Origin: a virus
Taxonomy: Duplodnaviria; Caudoviricetes
IMG/VR virus record: IMGVR_UViG_3300020045_009645
Coordinates: 1-37,589 of that record
Reading direction: 5' to 3' (one strand)
DNA length: 37,589 bases
Every line of letters begins with the position of its first letter. Position 1 is the stretch's first letter. Made by a program: the position numbers and the translations under genes. The notes beneath the pieces were generated by a model that was not told where the DNA came from, ran no database searches, and saw nothing but the letters and a program-made list of their open reading frames with translations. Below are positions 37,272 to 37,589 of this stretch, in pieces.

Positions 37272-37589
37272 GAAAAAATAAAGTCACAAAGCACCGTTGA
37301 GGTGGTAAAAATTGCAGACAAACCAAAGCCTGTTGAAAATAAAAAGAAAAAAAATAGCGGGTATTGGTAATATTTATTAGCAACATTATTTTATCAAGGT
37401 TTTTTTATATATTTACAAAAATTTTCGTTATGGCTTGCACTCAATATACTTTAATACAATATCAAACTTTAAGTGATGCTATAGTTTCTGGTGCGTTAGA
37501 AGTTCAGTATGGAGATAAAACTGTAAAATATCGCTCATTAGATGAAATGATTCGTATTCAAACTATGATGAAAAACTGTTTATTTCCAG
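37272..37589 (+). repeat. 318-bp inverted copy of 34405-34722 at the window end
   Basis: Reverse complement of the terminase 3' end, the intergenic region and the gpW 5' part; both junctions checked by eye. Confidence 0.9.

Noticed and set aside
3258-37386. Numerous short antisense or nested ORFs in the track (e.g. 3258-3518, 18193-18666, 23339-23782, 30475-30702, 37171-37386)
   Set aside because: They are shadows of well-supported genes or span the suspect terminal junction, with no recognisable motifs.
1-37589. CRISPR array, tRNA, diversity-generating retroelement, integrase/att site, invertase
   Set aside because: No regularly spaced repeats, cloverleaf, reverse transcriptase or site-specific recombinase motifs were seen; lifestyle cannot be determined from this window.

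Overview
Most of a tailed dsDNA phage or prophage genome, AT-rich and almost certainly infecting Bacteroidota (Flavobacterium-like). Host evidence: a DUF3127-type SSB, TAnnTTTG -7 promoter boxes, A-rich leaders without Shine-Dalgarno sequences, and a Sec signal peptide ending ANA|Q. The left part is a minus-strand replication arm (primase-helicase, VRR-NUC, DnaQ-like exonuclease, SF2 helicase, NUMOD4-HNH endonuclease, Cro-like HTH) and a divergent plus-strand recombination arm (RecE-like, PIF1-like helicase, SSB, RecT-like). The right part is a minus-strand virion arm: lambda-like terminase, gpW and portal, a fused protease-capsid protein, a P2/Mu-like contractile tail and baseplate, and a GH108 endolysin. 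No integrase, tRNA, CRISPR array or reverse transcriptase is visible. The main observation is that the SF2 helicase appears to start at 8985, not 8820. Its Walker A motif is split by a 6-nt in-frame insert containing a stop (GGG-TAA-GGA; PTGGG*GKT). A Gly-to-Gly ribosomal 'stop hop' would restore the canonical PTGGGKT. The site lies about 100 nt downstream of an overlapping free-standing HNH endonuclease gene, resembling a miniature T4 mobA/gene 60 cassette. Also notable: a tailspike-like beta-helix protein with a signal peptide, an unannotated 57-aa moron whose 40-bp promoter is an exact copy of an early-region promoter, a -1 frameshifted tail chaperone, and a terminal inverted duplication that is probably an artefact. 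All family assignments come from motif recognition by eye, not database searches.
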